A stretch of 64,000 bases of DNA from Verrucomicrobiota bacterium (GCA_027622665.1 JAQBYT010000005.1:64001-128000), one strand, 5' to 3'. Shown: positions 1-9,472, counted from the first letter of the stretch. Numbers and translations are program-made. The notes: generated from the letters alone by a model not told the origin.

Positions 1-385
1 GCCCGGGTTTGCAATTGATGAAATTTCGGCAGGCCTTGGCGGTCTTGGCCATCTTCTTTGCTGCGCGACGACGAACCTTCTCGGGATCACCTTCGCCCCA
101 TACGTCTTCCGGCAAAATAGCTTTGTGACGATCGTCGATGAGGTCGCAAATGGCTTGGCCGACAAGGTGACTGGAAATGGCGAAACTGGTCAGCCCGTGG
201 TCGCTCAGGATTTCCCACCGCTCGTTGCAGTACTTCTTGGAGACTGCTGCCTTGTCCACGTCGAAGTGGTCGCCCCAGCAGGCAAGCTCTAAGCCGTCGT
301 AACCCATTTCAGCTGCCTTTTCGGCTAAGTCGGGAAGTGAAAGGTCGGCCCACTGGCCGGTGAATAAGGTGACTGGTCTCGCCAT
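1..385 (-). CDS. Sugar phosphate isomerase/epimerase (xylose-isomerase-like TIM barrel), 3' part outside window
   Basis: Manual translation from ATG at 385: [43 protein letters not shown]..., a typical AP_endonuc_2 family N-terminus; frame stays open to the window edge; not in ORF track. Confidence 0.85.
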   Translation of the reverse strand, partial: MARPVTLFTGQWADLSLPDLAEKAAEMGYDGLELACWGDHFDVDKAAVSKKYCNERWEILSDHGLTSFAISSHLVGQAICDLIDDRHKAILPEDVWGEGDPEKVRRRAAKKMAKTAKACRNFINCKPG

Positions 386-548
386 AATTCGGGTTGTTTG
401 GAGATGTTGTTTGAGGTCGAAAAAAAGGGAGAATCATCTTGAGGGAAAACAAATGGTCTGCAAAGACTTTTTTTCTCTTTTGCTTAATTCCACATGTTTC
501 AAGAACTGCATTTTGGCGACCTGCGGGGACTATGCCAATTATCCAAAA

Positions 549-1208
549 CTAGCTTGAGACTAAAATCTTTTTGGCTGCTTTCGAACCTAGAGTGAAAGGC
601 TTACCCTTACCCACTCCCAATTCTACCGCATCAGAAATTAAATCGCGGTTGGTAACTTCCACCGCGGTTCCGGGCACTAAACCCTTTCTTCTGGCGAAGT
701 TCAGAAAATCGGTGCTCTGGTCAGTCAAAAGTTTGATTGTGCACGGTTGCTTACTTTGGCACTCCAGCAAGTTGCGGATTCGCCGTTCTGCAAATTTTCC
801 GTCCTTTGTCGGGATGGGGTCGCCGTGAGGATCGAATTCAGGTCGCCCGAGGAATTCATCCAGTCGATCGAGGACTTTGTCCGATATGGCGTGCTCCAAT
901 TCCTCGGCTTCTTGATGAACTTCCGTCCAGTCCAACCCTAAGGTTTCCACCAAGAAGGTTTCCACGAGTCGATGTCGCCTCAGCATGTCCATGCCCAACT
1001 TTCGGCCTTTTGCGGTGAGCGTTACTCCTTGTCTCGATTTGTAGCGCACCAACTTTTCTCGTTCCAAAGTTTTAATCATTGAGGTGGCGGTTCCCGCTGC
1101 TACATCAAGTCCCTTGGCGATTTCTCCCATACCCACTTGTCCCTCGCTCGTTTCTAGAGACAGGACGAGAATCTTTTTGACGTAATTTTCTACCGTTGCG
1201 CTGGGCAT
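549..1208 (-). CDS. mntR: DtxR/MntR-family metal-dependent transcriptional repressor with C-terminal FeoA/SH3-like domain
   Basis: ENYVK N-terminus, wHTH, RRHRLVETFL, VHQEAEELEH and DPHGDPIP motifs; divergent from Mn/Zn ABC operon. Confidence 0.92.
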   Translation of the reverse strand: MPSATVENYVKKILVLSLETSEGQVGMGEIAKGLDVAAGTATSMIKTLEREKLVRYKSRQGVTLTAKGRKLGMDMLRRHRLVETFLVETLGLDWTEVHQEAEELEHAISDKVLDRLDEFLGRPEFDPHGDPIPTKDGKFAERRIRNLLECQSKQPCTIKLLTDQSTDFLNFARRKGLVPGTAVEVTNRDLISDAVELGVGKGKPFTLGSKAAKKILVSS

Positions 1209-1239
1209 GCTAAGACTTGATCAAAGTGTACCAAAAGGG

Positions 1240-1310
1240 TTGACACAAGATTATTCGATGACGAGACTTTGACTAATCAAAACCAAATCTTTCACTACAG
1301 AAAATGAAAC
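1240..1310 (+). promoter_or_regulatory. Sigma70-like promoter with dyad operator (TTTGA-CTAA-TCAAA, 1268-1281) for the tro operon
   Basis: TTGACA at 1240, 17-bp spacer, GAGACT, dyad overlapping the -10 end; element conserved at 23676-23746. Confidence 0.7.
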
Positions 1311-1338
1311 CCTGTTTTATTTTGCCCGGAGTCAACTT

Positions 1339-2265
1339 ATGCAACTTCTTGGACTTGGATCAATCTTTACGATCTTGTTTTTAGCAGGATGCGATGCAGG
1401 CGATTCGGATGGGAAGCTGGTTGTTGTAACAACGACCACTCATGTTACGGACATGGTGAAGTTTGTAGCTGGTGACCGTTTGGATGTGATTGCGCTCATG
1501 GGGCCGGGCGTAGACCCCCACTTATACAAGCCATCTGCTGGAGATGCGGCTACCTTGGCCAAGGCTGATTTGATTTTCTTTAGTGGCCTGATGCTGGAAG
1601 GTCGTATGGCCGACGTTTTTGCAAAAGTCTCTCGCCGGGGAACCAAAGCTTATGCGGTAACCGAGAACGTGTCCGAAAAATCACTTCTCGAACCTGAAGA
1701 GTTTGAGGGACACTGGGATCCTCACGTATGGTTCGATCCCGCGATCTGGTCAAAGTGCGTTGACGTCGTCAGTGATGCCCTCTCTGAAAATGATCCTGAG
1801 GGCAAGGTTGGCTATACCGAAAGGGCAGAGGCACTGAAGACCGAGTATCTCGCCGTGACCCACTGGGCACAGGCGCGCTTAAGCGGTTTGCCCGAAGAAT
1901 CTCGTTATCTTGTTACCAGTCACGATGCCTTCAATTACTTCGGGCGTGCTTTTGGTCTCGAAGTCCTCGCCGTTCAAGGTGTTTCTACCGCTACCGAAGC
2001 AGGGCTTGCCGATCGAGTGGCCATGGTTGACTTCGTGAAGAAGCATGGCGTTAAGGCAATCTTTGTGGAAAGCAGTGTTAATCCTGCGATAATTGAGGGC
2101 ATCGCCAAGGAAGCCGGCGTGAAGATCGGAGGAGAATTGTTTTCCGACGCCATGGGCCAACCGGGTCGTTTGGAAAAGGGACCTGATGGCGAACAATACG
2201 ACATAGGCACTTGGGCTGGAATGATGAGGCATAACGTGAACACTATCGTAGAAGGGTTGAAGTAA
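1339..2265 (+). CDS. troA: Mn/Zn ABC transporter substrate-binding lipoprotein (TroA family)
   Basis: Lipobox LAGC; DPHLY, DPHVWFDP, SHDAFNYF, FSD give a His-His-His-Asp ligand set as in TroA. Confidence 0.92.
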   Translation: MQLLGLGSIFTILFLAGCDAGDSDGKLVVVTTTTHVTDMVKFVAGDRLDVIALMGPGVDPHLYKPSAGDAATLAKADLIFFSGLMLEGRMADVFAKVSRRGTKAYAVTENVSEKSLLEPEEFEGHWDPHVWFDPAIWSKCVDVVSDALSENDPEGKVGYTERAEALKTEYLAVTHWAQARLSGLPEESRYLVTSHDAFNYFGRAFGLEVLAVQGVSTATEAGLADRVAMVDFVKKHGVKAIFVESSVNPAIIEGIAKEAGVKIGGELFSDAMGQPGRLEKGPDGEQYDIGTWAGMMRHNVNTIVEGLK

Positions 2266-2269
2266 TAAT

Positions 2270-3061
2270 ATGGCTCATCCCCCCCCACTGGAGATTCACG
2301 ACCTCACGGTTTCCTATGATCGCAAGCCAGTCCTTTATGGGGTGGATGTCGTTGTTGAGACTGGTTCGTTGGTCGGCGTGGTAGGGCCGAACGGGGCTGG
2401 TAAGTCTACCCTGATCAAGACCATCATGGGCATCGTGCAGCCTAATGGCGGATGGGTGAAAATCTTTGGCCAACCATACAGGAAAGCAGTCACGCGTGTC
2501 GGTTACGTTCCGCAGCGCGAATCGGTAGATTGGGACTTTCCCGTGAGCGTTATGGATGTTGTTCTTATGGGGCGATATGGTCATGCTGGGTTCATGCGGC
2601 GAGTCAGTAAGCGAGATCGCCGGATCGCTTCCGAATGTTTGGAAAAAGTGAATATGCAGCCTTTTTCGGATCGCCAGATCGGCAATCTATCGGGCGGGCA
2701 GCAGCAGCGTGTCTTTCTTGCCCGAGCCCTTGCTCAAGAGAGCGACCTTTATCTTATGGACGAACCTTTTGCCGGGGTCGACGCCGCTACCGAGACAGCG
2801 ATTGTAGAGTTATTGCGTGATTTGAAGGAGCGGGGCAAAACCCTCATCGTAGTCCATCACGACCTTTCCTCTGCCCGCGAATATTTTGATAAGCTTATGC
2901 TGCTCAACATGCGACTTGTTGCTTATGGGGAAATGGAGGAAACCTTCACTCCCGATCTTCTGCAAAAAACCTACGGAGGGCGTCTCACCATCCTGTCGGA
3001 TGTCGCCGGTCAAGCGGCTGGTCGCTCGGAGTTCGAGCAAGAAGGCACTCCCAAGCTATAA
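2270..3061 (+). CDS. troB: Mn/Zn ABC transporter ATP-binding protein
   Basis: Walker A GPNGAGKST, YVPQR, LSGGQQQR, MDEPFAGVD, VHHDL. Confidence 0.95.
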   Translation: MAHPPPLEIHDLTVSYDRKPVLYGVDVVVETGSLVGVVGPNGAGKSTLIKTIMGIVQPNGGWVKIFGQPYRKAVTRVGYVPQRESVDWDFPVSVMDVVLMGRYGHAGFMRRVSKRDRRIASECLEKVNMQPFSDRQIGNLSGGQQQRVFLARALAQESDLYLMDEPFAGVDAATETAIVELLRDLKERGKTLIVVHHDLSSAREYFDKLMLLNMRLVAYGEMEETFTPDLLQKTYGGRLTILSDVAGQAAGRSEFEQEGTPKL

Positions 3062-4558
3062 ATGAAAGTTCTACGAACGATCCCGGTTTTTGTATTGCTG
3101 GTCTTTTTTGCCTTTCCTGCGTTAGTTCATGCCGCCCGTATCGGGGACGTGACCGATACGGATTGGGGTGAGCAAACCTTTCGCTTCCTCAGCTTGCGTG
3201 ACGCCGCCGTCCGCAATGCAGTCCTTGGTTCCGTCTTCATGGGTGTCGGTTGTGGTCTTTTCGGTGGATATGTGGTGGCCCGACGTTTGGCATTGTTTGG
3301 CGATACCTTGTCGCACGCGGTGCTCCCGGGAGTGGCTCTCGGCTTCCTTTGGAGTCGCTCGAAAGATCCCGTGGCCATTTTTATCGGAGCTACGGTGGCT
3401 GGGTTGTTGGGAACGTTTGTGGTTGCTTGGATACGCAAAACCACAAGGGTGAAAGAGGACAGTGCCTTGGGTCTCGTCCTTTCCGGATTCTATGCGGTGG
3501 GCATTTGTATTCTGACGGTTATTCAGCAGATGGAGTTCGGCAACCAGTCCGGCATCGACAAATTTCTTTTCGGGCAAGCTGCCGCCCTTTCGTCCGAGGA
3601 CGTGAGTCTGATGGGAGTAGTTGCCATAGGGGCGCTGATGATGGTCACTCTTTTTAACAAGGAGCTTCTCGTAACGAGTTTCGACGAAGGCTTTGCTCGC
3701 TCCGTGGGCGTACCCGTTGAGTTTATTCGTTACGTACTCCTCGTCGGTCTCACTTTTGCGGTGGTCACCTCGCTGCAGGCGGTGGGCGTGGTTCTTGTTT
3801 CCGCCCTTCTCATTACCCCCGCAGCCACCGCCTACTTGCTGACCGATCGGATGGGAACCTTGCTGTTGCTTTCGGCTCTGTTTGGGGTTGCGGGCGGATT
3901 GCTCGGTTCGTACGGCTCTTTTCTCGGCAATAATCTGCCAACGGGTCCTTTCATGGTTCTTGCCTGTACTTCTTTCTTTGCCATCGCCTTTTTTTGCGGT
4001 CCCAAGCATGGGTTGGTCTCCAAGTGGCTAAGGCGACGAAACCGAGTTCGTCAAGTGAGTTTGGAGAATACAATGAAGGCTGCCTATCAAGTGCTCGAGG
4101 CGGGCGATTTTGCTAAAGAGTCCGTAACCGTTGGAGCTCTGGCCGCTCGGAGACGGACAAGCGTGACCGAGGCTCGACGAGAGGCGGATGATCTCGTGAA
4201 CGCCGGTTTCGCGAGCATGCTCGGTTCCGACGACCCTGGTCCTCGTTATTCTCAAGACGCCAGACTCTCCCTTACTCCCGCCGGTTGGGAACGAGCCTGC
4301 CAAATTGTTCGTAACCACCGCCTTTGGGAACTCTACTTGACCAACGAGGTGCGCTATGCCGCCGATCACGTTCATGAGGATGCCGAAAAGATCGAGCATG
4401 TTTTGGGCGAAAAAGTTGTGCGTCATCTCGAGCGCATCCTAAAGGACCCCCAACGCGATCCTCACGGTTCAGTCATCCCCAGTCTCGAGGACATAGAACG
4501 TGGCTCTGGCTTATCGACCAATCCTGCATCCGCGACAGGGTACTTCCAGCAAAATTAA
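3062..4558 (+). CDS. troC: ABC-3 metal permease fused to a C-terminal DtxR-like domain (TroC/YtgCR-like)
   Basis: GDTLSHAVLPG permease motif and TM helices, then IVRNHRLWELYL...HVHEDAEKIEH...DPHG DtxR motifs. Confidence 0.9.
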   Translation: MKVLRTIPVFVLLVFFAFPALVHAARIGDVTDTDWGEQTFRFLSLRDAAVRNAVLGSVFMGVGCGLFGGYVVARRLALFGDTLSHAVLPGVALGFLWSRSKDPVAIFIGATVAGLLGTFVVAWIRKTTRVKEDSALGLVLSGFYAVGICILTVIQQMEFGNQSGIDKFLFGQAAALSSEDVSLMGVVAIGALMMVTLFNKELLVTSFDEGFARSVGVPVEFIRYVLLVGLTFAVVTSLQAVGVVLVSALLITPAATAYLLTDRMGTLLLLSALFGVAGGLLGSYGSFLGNNLPTGPFMVLACTSFFAIAFFCGPKHGLVSKWLRRRNRVRQVSLENTMKAAYQVLEAGDFAKESVTVGALAARRRTSVTEARREADDLVNAGFASMLGSDDPGPRYSQDARLSLTPAGWERACQIVRNHRLWELYLTNEVRYAADHVHEDAEKIEHVLGEKVVRHLERILKDPQRDPHGSVIPSLEDIERGSGLSTNPASATGYFQQN

Positions 4559-4563
4559 AAACG

Positions 4564-5547
4564 ATGCGCGAAGAGTTTTTTCCGACCTTTGACTCCGGGT
4601 CCGTTTTTGTGGATCCTTGGTTGTCCGGTTTCGAGAGCACCTTTCAGGTGGTCCTAATGGGTTTTTTTGTATGCTTGGCTTGCGGTGTCATAGGAAATTT
4701 CGTGGTTGCCCGTCGTCTTGCCTTGGTGGGCGACGCCATCAGCCACAGCCTGCTGCCTGGTATTGCCATTGCCTTTGTCTTCACTTCCTCACATTCGTTG
4801 CCTGCAATGTTGATTGGAGCTGCCGTCGCGGGTGTTCTTACCACGGTTCTGATCGAGCTGATTCACCGCAAGTCAAGGGTGAAGCCCGACGCAGCCATTG
4901 GGATCGTCTTCACTACCCTCTTTGCGGTGGGTGTGGTGGTAATCAGCATTTGGCTGGACAATGTCCACCTCGATGCAGATTGCGTGCTTTATGGTGAGAT
5001 CGGCCTAGTTCCATTACGGGAAAGCTTCATCTTGAGCGGAGCGAATCTTGGTCCGCTGCCAATCGCTATTATGGGCGCAGTAGCCCTGTTGGACATACTT
5101 CTAGTTATTGTTTTTTACAGGGTGCTCCTTGTCACGTCTTTCGATGCCGGGCTTGCTCGATCGCTGGGAATGCCCGTGAACACCACACATTATGGGCTTA
5201 TGATTGCCTTGGCGCTTACCATTGTGGCGGCCTTCGAGGCAGTGGGAGTTGTCCTGGTCGTTGCCATGCTTATTTTCCCCGCAGTCACGGTCGGTTTCTT
5301 TTTCGAGCGTTTACCGGCATTGCTGTTTGGTGTGGCGCCTCTTTCCTTGGCATATTCCCTCGGTGGTTTCCACCTCGCCAGGTGGTTGGACTGTTCAATC
5401 GCAGGGGCTATGGTGGTAACGGCCGGCGCATTATTTGTCGTGGCTTGGTTTTTCGGACCCAAGGGTGGCTTAATTTATCGCTCACGCGCGCTAGGTTTCC
5501 TTTTTGCAACATCCAAGCAGAAGATATCCCCGCAGATTGTCGGGTGA
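4564..5547 (+). CDS. troD: ABC-3 metal permease
   Basis: GDAISHSLLPG, VHLDADCVLYGEI, AAFEAVG motifs; multiple TM helices. Confidence 0.9.
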   Translation: MREEFFPTFDSGSVFVDPWLSGFESTFQVVLMGFFVCLACGVIGNFVVARRLALVGDAISHSLLPGIAIAFVFTSSHSLPAMLIGAAVAGVLTTVLIELIHRKSRVKPDAAIGIVFTTLFAVGVVVISIWLDNVHLDADCVLYGEIGLVPLRESFILSGANLGPLPIAIMGAVALLDILLVIVFYRVLLVTSFDAGLARSLGMPVNTTHYGLMIALALTIVAAFEAVGVVLVVAMLIFPAVTVGFFFERLPALLFGVAPLSLAYSLGGFHLARWLDCSIAGAMVVTAGALFVVAWFFGPKGGLIYRSRALGFLFATSKQKISPQIVG

Positions 5548-5650
5548 TATTCCGTTGAGGACTCTGCGGTGAACTTTTCCATCTGCGCCACTCTTTCTCA
5601 TTGAATTAACCGCAAGGTTTGTTTTCCTCTGATTCACTTGAGTTAACGGT

Positions 5651-6040
5651 ATGCTACGCAAAACCTGCATTCTTCTTTCATTACTTGCCGCCCTAACGGC
5701 GGCTCGCTTGCCTCTTGGCTTTGTTCAATTGGGGTCTTGGTCCGGAATGTTTTTAGATTACGTGGAACAGACTGGATCCGTTCCGGTTTCCTTGGCCTGG
5801 ACGTTTGACGGGGATCACCGATGTGGCGGATGCGTTTACGTCGGTGAAGCAACTGCAAACGCAGAAGATCAGGAGAAGTCTGCAACGGTTGAAACTTCCT
5901 TAAAAATCCCTTTCGCCTTACTGGACCTTCAGATTGTCGTAGTGGGACCCTCAAAGGTTTTGGGTGACTTGTCGGAGGAGTTTTGTCTTCTGCCCCTCTC
6001 TGTTCCGGAAACTTCCGTTCCGCCCCCGCGAATTTCCTAA
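5651..6040 (+). CDS. Small membrane/exported protein with CxxC and C-terminal proline-rich motif (DUF2946/CruR/CutF-like leader candidate)
   Basis: Hydrophobic N-terminus, TFDGDHRCGGC, ends PETSVPPPRIS; lies upstream of an outer-membrane barrel gene. Confidence 0.6.
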   Translation: MLRKTCILLSLLAALTAARLPLGFVQLGSWSGMFLDYVEQTGSVPVSLAWTFDGDHRCGGCVYVGEATANAEDQEKSATVETSLKIPFALLDLQIVVVGPSKVLGDLSEEFCLLPLSVPETSVPPPRIS

Positions 6041-6221
6041 GGTCCGAGTGGCTTTAGGCGAGCGACTGCGTCCTTTCTTGATTTCAAGGTCGTGTCCGTT
6101 GCCCATCCCTGCTCGTGAACTTTTTCTTGTGCAAGGTGCGACTATGTTCGCATGACGTGCTCGAACGATCGCCCAATCCGCAACCCATTTAATACTAAAG
6201 AAACTTTAATCCCAAAATCTA

Positions 6222-7241
6222 ATGAAAAAACTGACGACAAAACTTCTCCTCCTTGCGACATCCGTAAGTATCCTCAACGCGCATGAAGGGCCTTGGACTG
6301 CCGGTCGCCCCGATGGACATGCCCCCATCACCGTGATGGGCGGCCATATGCACGCCATGGGCGAATGGATGCTCTCCTACCGTTTCATGACCATGGATAT
6401 GGAAGGATTACTCGATGGTTCGTCCGGCACGAGTGCAGCTTCGGCTGTAACGAATTATGGTTTCAAAGATATGATGATGCTGCCCAAAGAAATGACCATG
6501 GACATGCACATGCTCGGTGCCATGTACGCCATTTCCGACAAATGGACCCTTATGGGCATGCTCAATTATCTAGACAACGACATGACCATGCAGAATGACA
6601 TGTCCATGGAATCGAATGGTCTTGGCGATCTCAAACTTAGCGGCCTCTACGATCTCGCTTCTTGGGATAACGGCCGCCGCGTGCATTTGAACGTTGGTAT
6701 CAGTGCCCCCACCGGAGCAATCGACGAACGAAAGGCCGACGGAACAACGATTCTTCCTTATGGAATGCAGCTTGGTTCGGGCACTTGGGACTTTCTTCCT
6801 GCTCTTACTTTTCTTGGGCAAACTGATAATTATTCGTGGGGTGCCCAAGTTGGCGGCGCCTTGCGCATGGGTGACAACGATCGAGATTACAGCCTTGGCA
6901 ATCGTTTTGACGCCGCTCTATGGGGTGGTCGCAAGTTGAGCGATTCCTTTAGCCTCTCCGCAAAATTCGATTATTTCAGCCAAGGTGAAGTCGATGGAGA
7001 GGACAAATACGTGACGGCTAAGCCTATGATGACCAAGAATATGTCTTCTGGTTATCGTGCTGACCACCAAGGCCGCGATCTCAGCACTTTTGGGCTCGGG
7101 CTCAATTACTATTGTCGAAACGGGATTTTCAAGGGTCATCGTTTAGCCCTCGAGTGGGAAACCCCGATGAGTGAGGAGGTAAACGGTGTTCAGCTCGAAA
7201 CCGATTCCATCTGGAGCCTTGGTTGGCAGTATGCCTGGTAG
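6222..7241 (+). CDS. Met/His-rich outer-membrane beta-barrel transporter (putative metal uptake channel)
   Basis: Signal peptide; RPDGHAPITVMGGHMHAMGEWMLSYRFMTMDM; GLGDL; MQLGSGTWD; C-terminal WQYAW barrel signature. Confidence 0.75.
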   Translation: MKKLTTKLLLLATSVSILNAHEGPWTAGRPDGHAPITVMGGHMHAMGEWMLSYRFMTMDMEGLLDGSSGTSAASAVTNYGFKDMMMLPKEMTMDMHMLGAMYAISDKWTLMGMLNYLDNDMTMQNDMSMESNGLGDLKLSGLYDLASWDNGRRVHLNVGISAPTGAIDERKADGTTILPYGMQLGSGTWDFLPALTFLGQTDNYSWGAQVGGALRMGDNDRDYSLGNRFDAALWGGRKLSDSFSLSAKFDYFSQGEVDGEDKYVTAKPMMTKNMSSGYRADHQGRDLSTFGLGLNYYCRNGIFKGHRLALEWETPMSEEVNGVQLETDSIWSLGWQYAW

Positions 7242-7288
7242 TACTTTGTCTTGGTTTGGCTAAGGATATTTGAACAAGCCATTTGAGG

Positions 7289-7323
7289 TGGGGTAGTTAA
7301 AAGGCTACACGACCCCATTTTTT
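7289..7323 (+). terminator. Possible intrinsic terminator after the barrel gene
   Basis: TGGGGT...ACCCCA imperfect stem followed by a T6 run. Confidence 0.35.
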
Positions 7324-7395
7324 CATAGCGTGCTTGAACCTTGCCATAGAGCTCATTTTTACTATTTTCAGAATCTTTCCCCAATATACAAACCC

Positions 7396-8100
7396 ATGGG
7401 TACTCAATATAAGAAGGTTATAAAGCGCAAGCGGCGTAAGGCATATTTGGCTCGCCGCAAGGCGTCATTAAAAGAATCTCTCCCCGCTACCAAGAAGGGC
7501 CGCAAAGCTGCGGCCGCAAAGCCAAAGTCTAAACGCAAGGCGTCTCCAAAGAAGGCTGCTCCCGAGGAAGTGAAGGAAGAAGTCGCCGAGGAGGCTGTTG
7601 CCGACAAAGCCTCGGCTGTCGATATACTAGGAGTAGATTCCGTGAAGGAGCAGGAGACTCCAAGCGAAGAGACTCAGTCTCCGGAACCAGTAGAGGAAGC
7701 CGCTGTCGAGGAAACTCCTGGCGAAGAGGTTGCGGCCAAAGAAAAGCCGTCTGAAGATTCTGCTGAACAAGCCGAGCCTGAAGCCGAGGCTACCGAAACT
7801 GAGGAACCCGTTGCCGAGGAACCCGCTGAGGAGGAAGAATCTTCCGAATCTAGTGAGGAAGCCGAGGCGAAAGCTGACGATGTGAGCGACAATCAAGAGC
7901 CAGACGCAGAGGTAGCCGAAATCGAGGAACCCATTGCTGAGGAACCAGCCGAAGCAGGAGAATCTTCAGATGCCGAGGAACCAGAAGCTAAGGCGGAAGT
8001 CGCCACTGCCGATGATTCCGTAGAATCCGAAGAGTCCACGGAAGCCGAATCTGATGCTGAGTCCGTGGATGCTGCGGAGGAAGAGAAGAAAGAGGATTGA
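7396..8100 (+). CDS. Hypothetical protein with Lys/Arg-rich N-terminus and long Glu/Ala/Pro-rich disordered tail
   Basis: ATG at 7396 (MGTQYKKVIKRKRRKAYLARRK); acidic tail with an internal repeat of about 40 aa. Confidence 0.75.
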   Translation: MGTQYKKVIKRKRRKAYLARRKASLKESLPATKKGRKAAAAKPKSKRKASPKKAAPEEVKEEVAEEAVADKASAVDILGVDSVKEQETPSEETQSPEPVEEAAVEETPGEEVAAKEKPSEDSAEQAEPEAEATETEEPVAEEPAEEEESSESSEEAEAKADDVSDNQEPDAEVAEIEEPIAEEPAEAGESSDAEEPEAKAEVATADDSVESEESTEAESDAESVDAAEEEKKED

Positions 8101-8120
8101 TTGTTTCCTCGGCGATTTTC

Positions 8121-8618
8121 ATGAAACGCCGAGCCCTTTTATTTTTCTGCGCGATTCACTTGGCCGCCTTGTCGGCTCTCCATGCGTTTGAGTTTCGTCA
8201 TGTCGCCCATAGGTATGTCGAGGCGAAATCGTTCAAGAGAATCAGCGAATACTTTACCGGCCGGGAAAATCCGGGCAATCGTTTGCTTTGTCGTTCGCGT
8301 CCCGTGGAAAGGGCGGGTCTCTACTTCATCCTCTCGCTAAACGAACATTCCCGCAAACTGCCGCAGGGGGCTCAATTCGTTGTTGAGTTTATCCGACCCG
8401 ATGACCCCGAAACCAAAACGATTCGCGTTCCGGTTCCCGAACATCGTCCACGCGGCAAAGAAATCTACCTCGGGTTAACCGGAGATGACTGGCCCGATAA
8501 GATTGCTCGTCCTGTTGCTTGGCGTTTGCGTTTGGTCGATGCCTCCGGCGAGGTTCTCGCCCAGAGAAAAAGCTTTCTCTGGGAACATCCTGCCGACAGG
8601 TTCGAGCGCGGATCGTGA
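8121..8618 (+). CDS. Hypothetical exported protein
   Basis: MKRRALLFFC signal-like start; stop overlaps next start (GTGA). Confidence 0.65.
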   Translation: MKRRALLFFCAIHLAALSALHAFEFRHVAHRYVEAKSFKRISEYFTGRENPGNRLLCRSRPVERAGLYFILSLNEHSRKLPQGAQFVVEFIRPDDPETKTIRVPVPEHRPRGKEIYLGLTGDDWPDKIARPVAWRLRLVDASGEVLAQRKSFLWEHPADRFERGS

Positions 8619-9472
8619 TCTTCACCCCTTGGCGTAGCCTGGGAAAGAAAACTGGTTTCACCGAATATTCCCTCGCGGAGACCCTAGAAGGAGGCCAATC
8701 CTTCCTTTGGGCAAAAACGGCCTCCGGATCATGGCTGGGGACTTGGGGGGACAATATTACCGAGTTAAGAATCGTGTCGGGTTCTCTCGAGTGGCGAACT
8801 CCTAAACAACGAACTGTGGAAAGAAAGGAAATCGTTCGTTATCTCGCCATCGATTCCGAATACGATGCAATATGCAACTCATTGCCTTGGCGAAGCGATC
8901 CTGTTCTTGCCGATGCAATGAAGAGATTTCGTGGTCTTAGAATCCTTAGGCAACCCCTTTCCGAGACCTTGTTTTGCTTCCTGCTAAGCTCAGTCAAAAG
9001 CATTCCTCAAATAAAAGACCTGTGCCTAAATACAGCCCGGGAATTCGGAGAAGAACTTGTTCCGGGCATACATGCAATTCCTACTTGGGAGAGACTTGCC
9101 GAGGTGGCTGAACCAGACTTAAGGGCTCTCAAGTATGGCTATCGCGCAAAGTACGTTGCTGCAACAGCTGAACGACTCGCAGGCGAGCCTGACTTTTTTG
9201 AAAATTGCTTAGCGATGCCTTACGTTGATGCGCGATCTAAGCTTATTGAGTTGCCAGGCGTGGGTGGTAAGGTGGCCGATTGCGCCCTGCTTTTTGGAGG
9301 GGCCAAGCTCGAGGCATTTCCGGTCGACACTTGGATAGCCAAGGTAATGTCCGACAGATATGGAATGGCGGGGTGGAACCTCGATCAGATCGCCTCTTTC
9401 GGTCGTATCCATTTTGGACCACATGCAGGACTAGCCCAGCAATTTCTGTTTTCGGCGGTGAGGGCAGGGTAG
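8615..9472 (+). CDS. 8-oxoguanine DNA glycosylase (Ogg1-like, HhH-GPD superfamily)
   Basis: TLEGGQSFLW N-domain, GLRILRQ, GYRAKY, LPGVGGKVADC (HhH with catalytic Lys), AFPVDTW; GTG start at 8615. Confidence 0.88.
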   Translation: MIFTPWRSLGKKTGFTEYSLAETLEGGQSFLWAKTASGSWLGTWGDNITELRIVSGSLEWRTPKQRTVERKEIVRYLAIDSEYDAICNSLPWRSDPVLADAMKRFRGLRILRQPLSETLFCFLLSSVKSIPQIKDLCLNTAREFGEELVPGIHAIPTWERLAEVAEPDLRALKYGYRAKYVAATAERLAGEPDFFENCLAMPYVDARSKLIELPGVGGKVADCALLFGGAKLEAFPVDTWIAKVMSDRYGMAGWNLDQIASFGRIHFGPHAGLAQQFLFSAVRAG

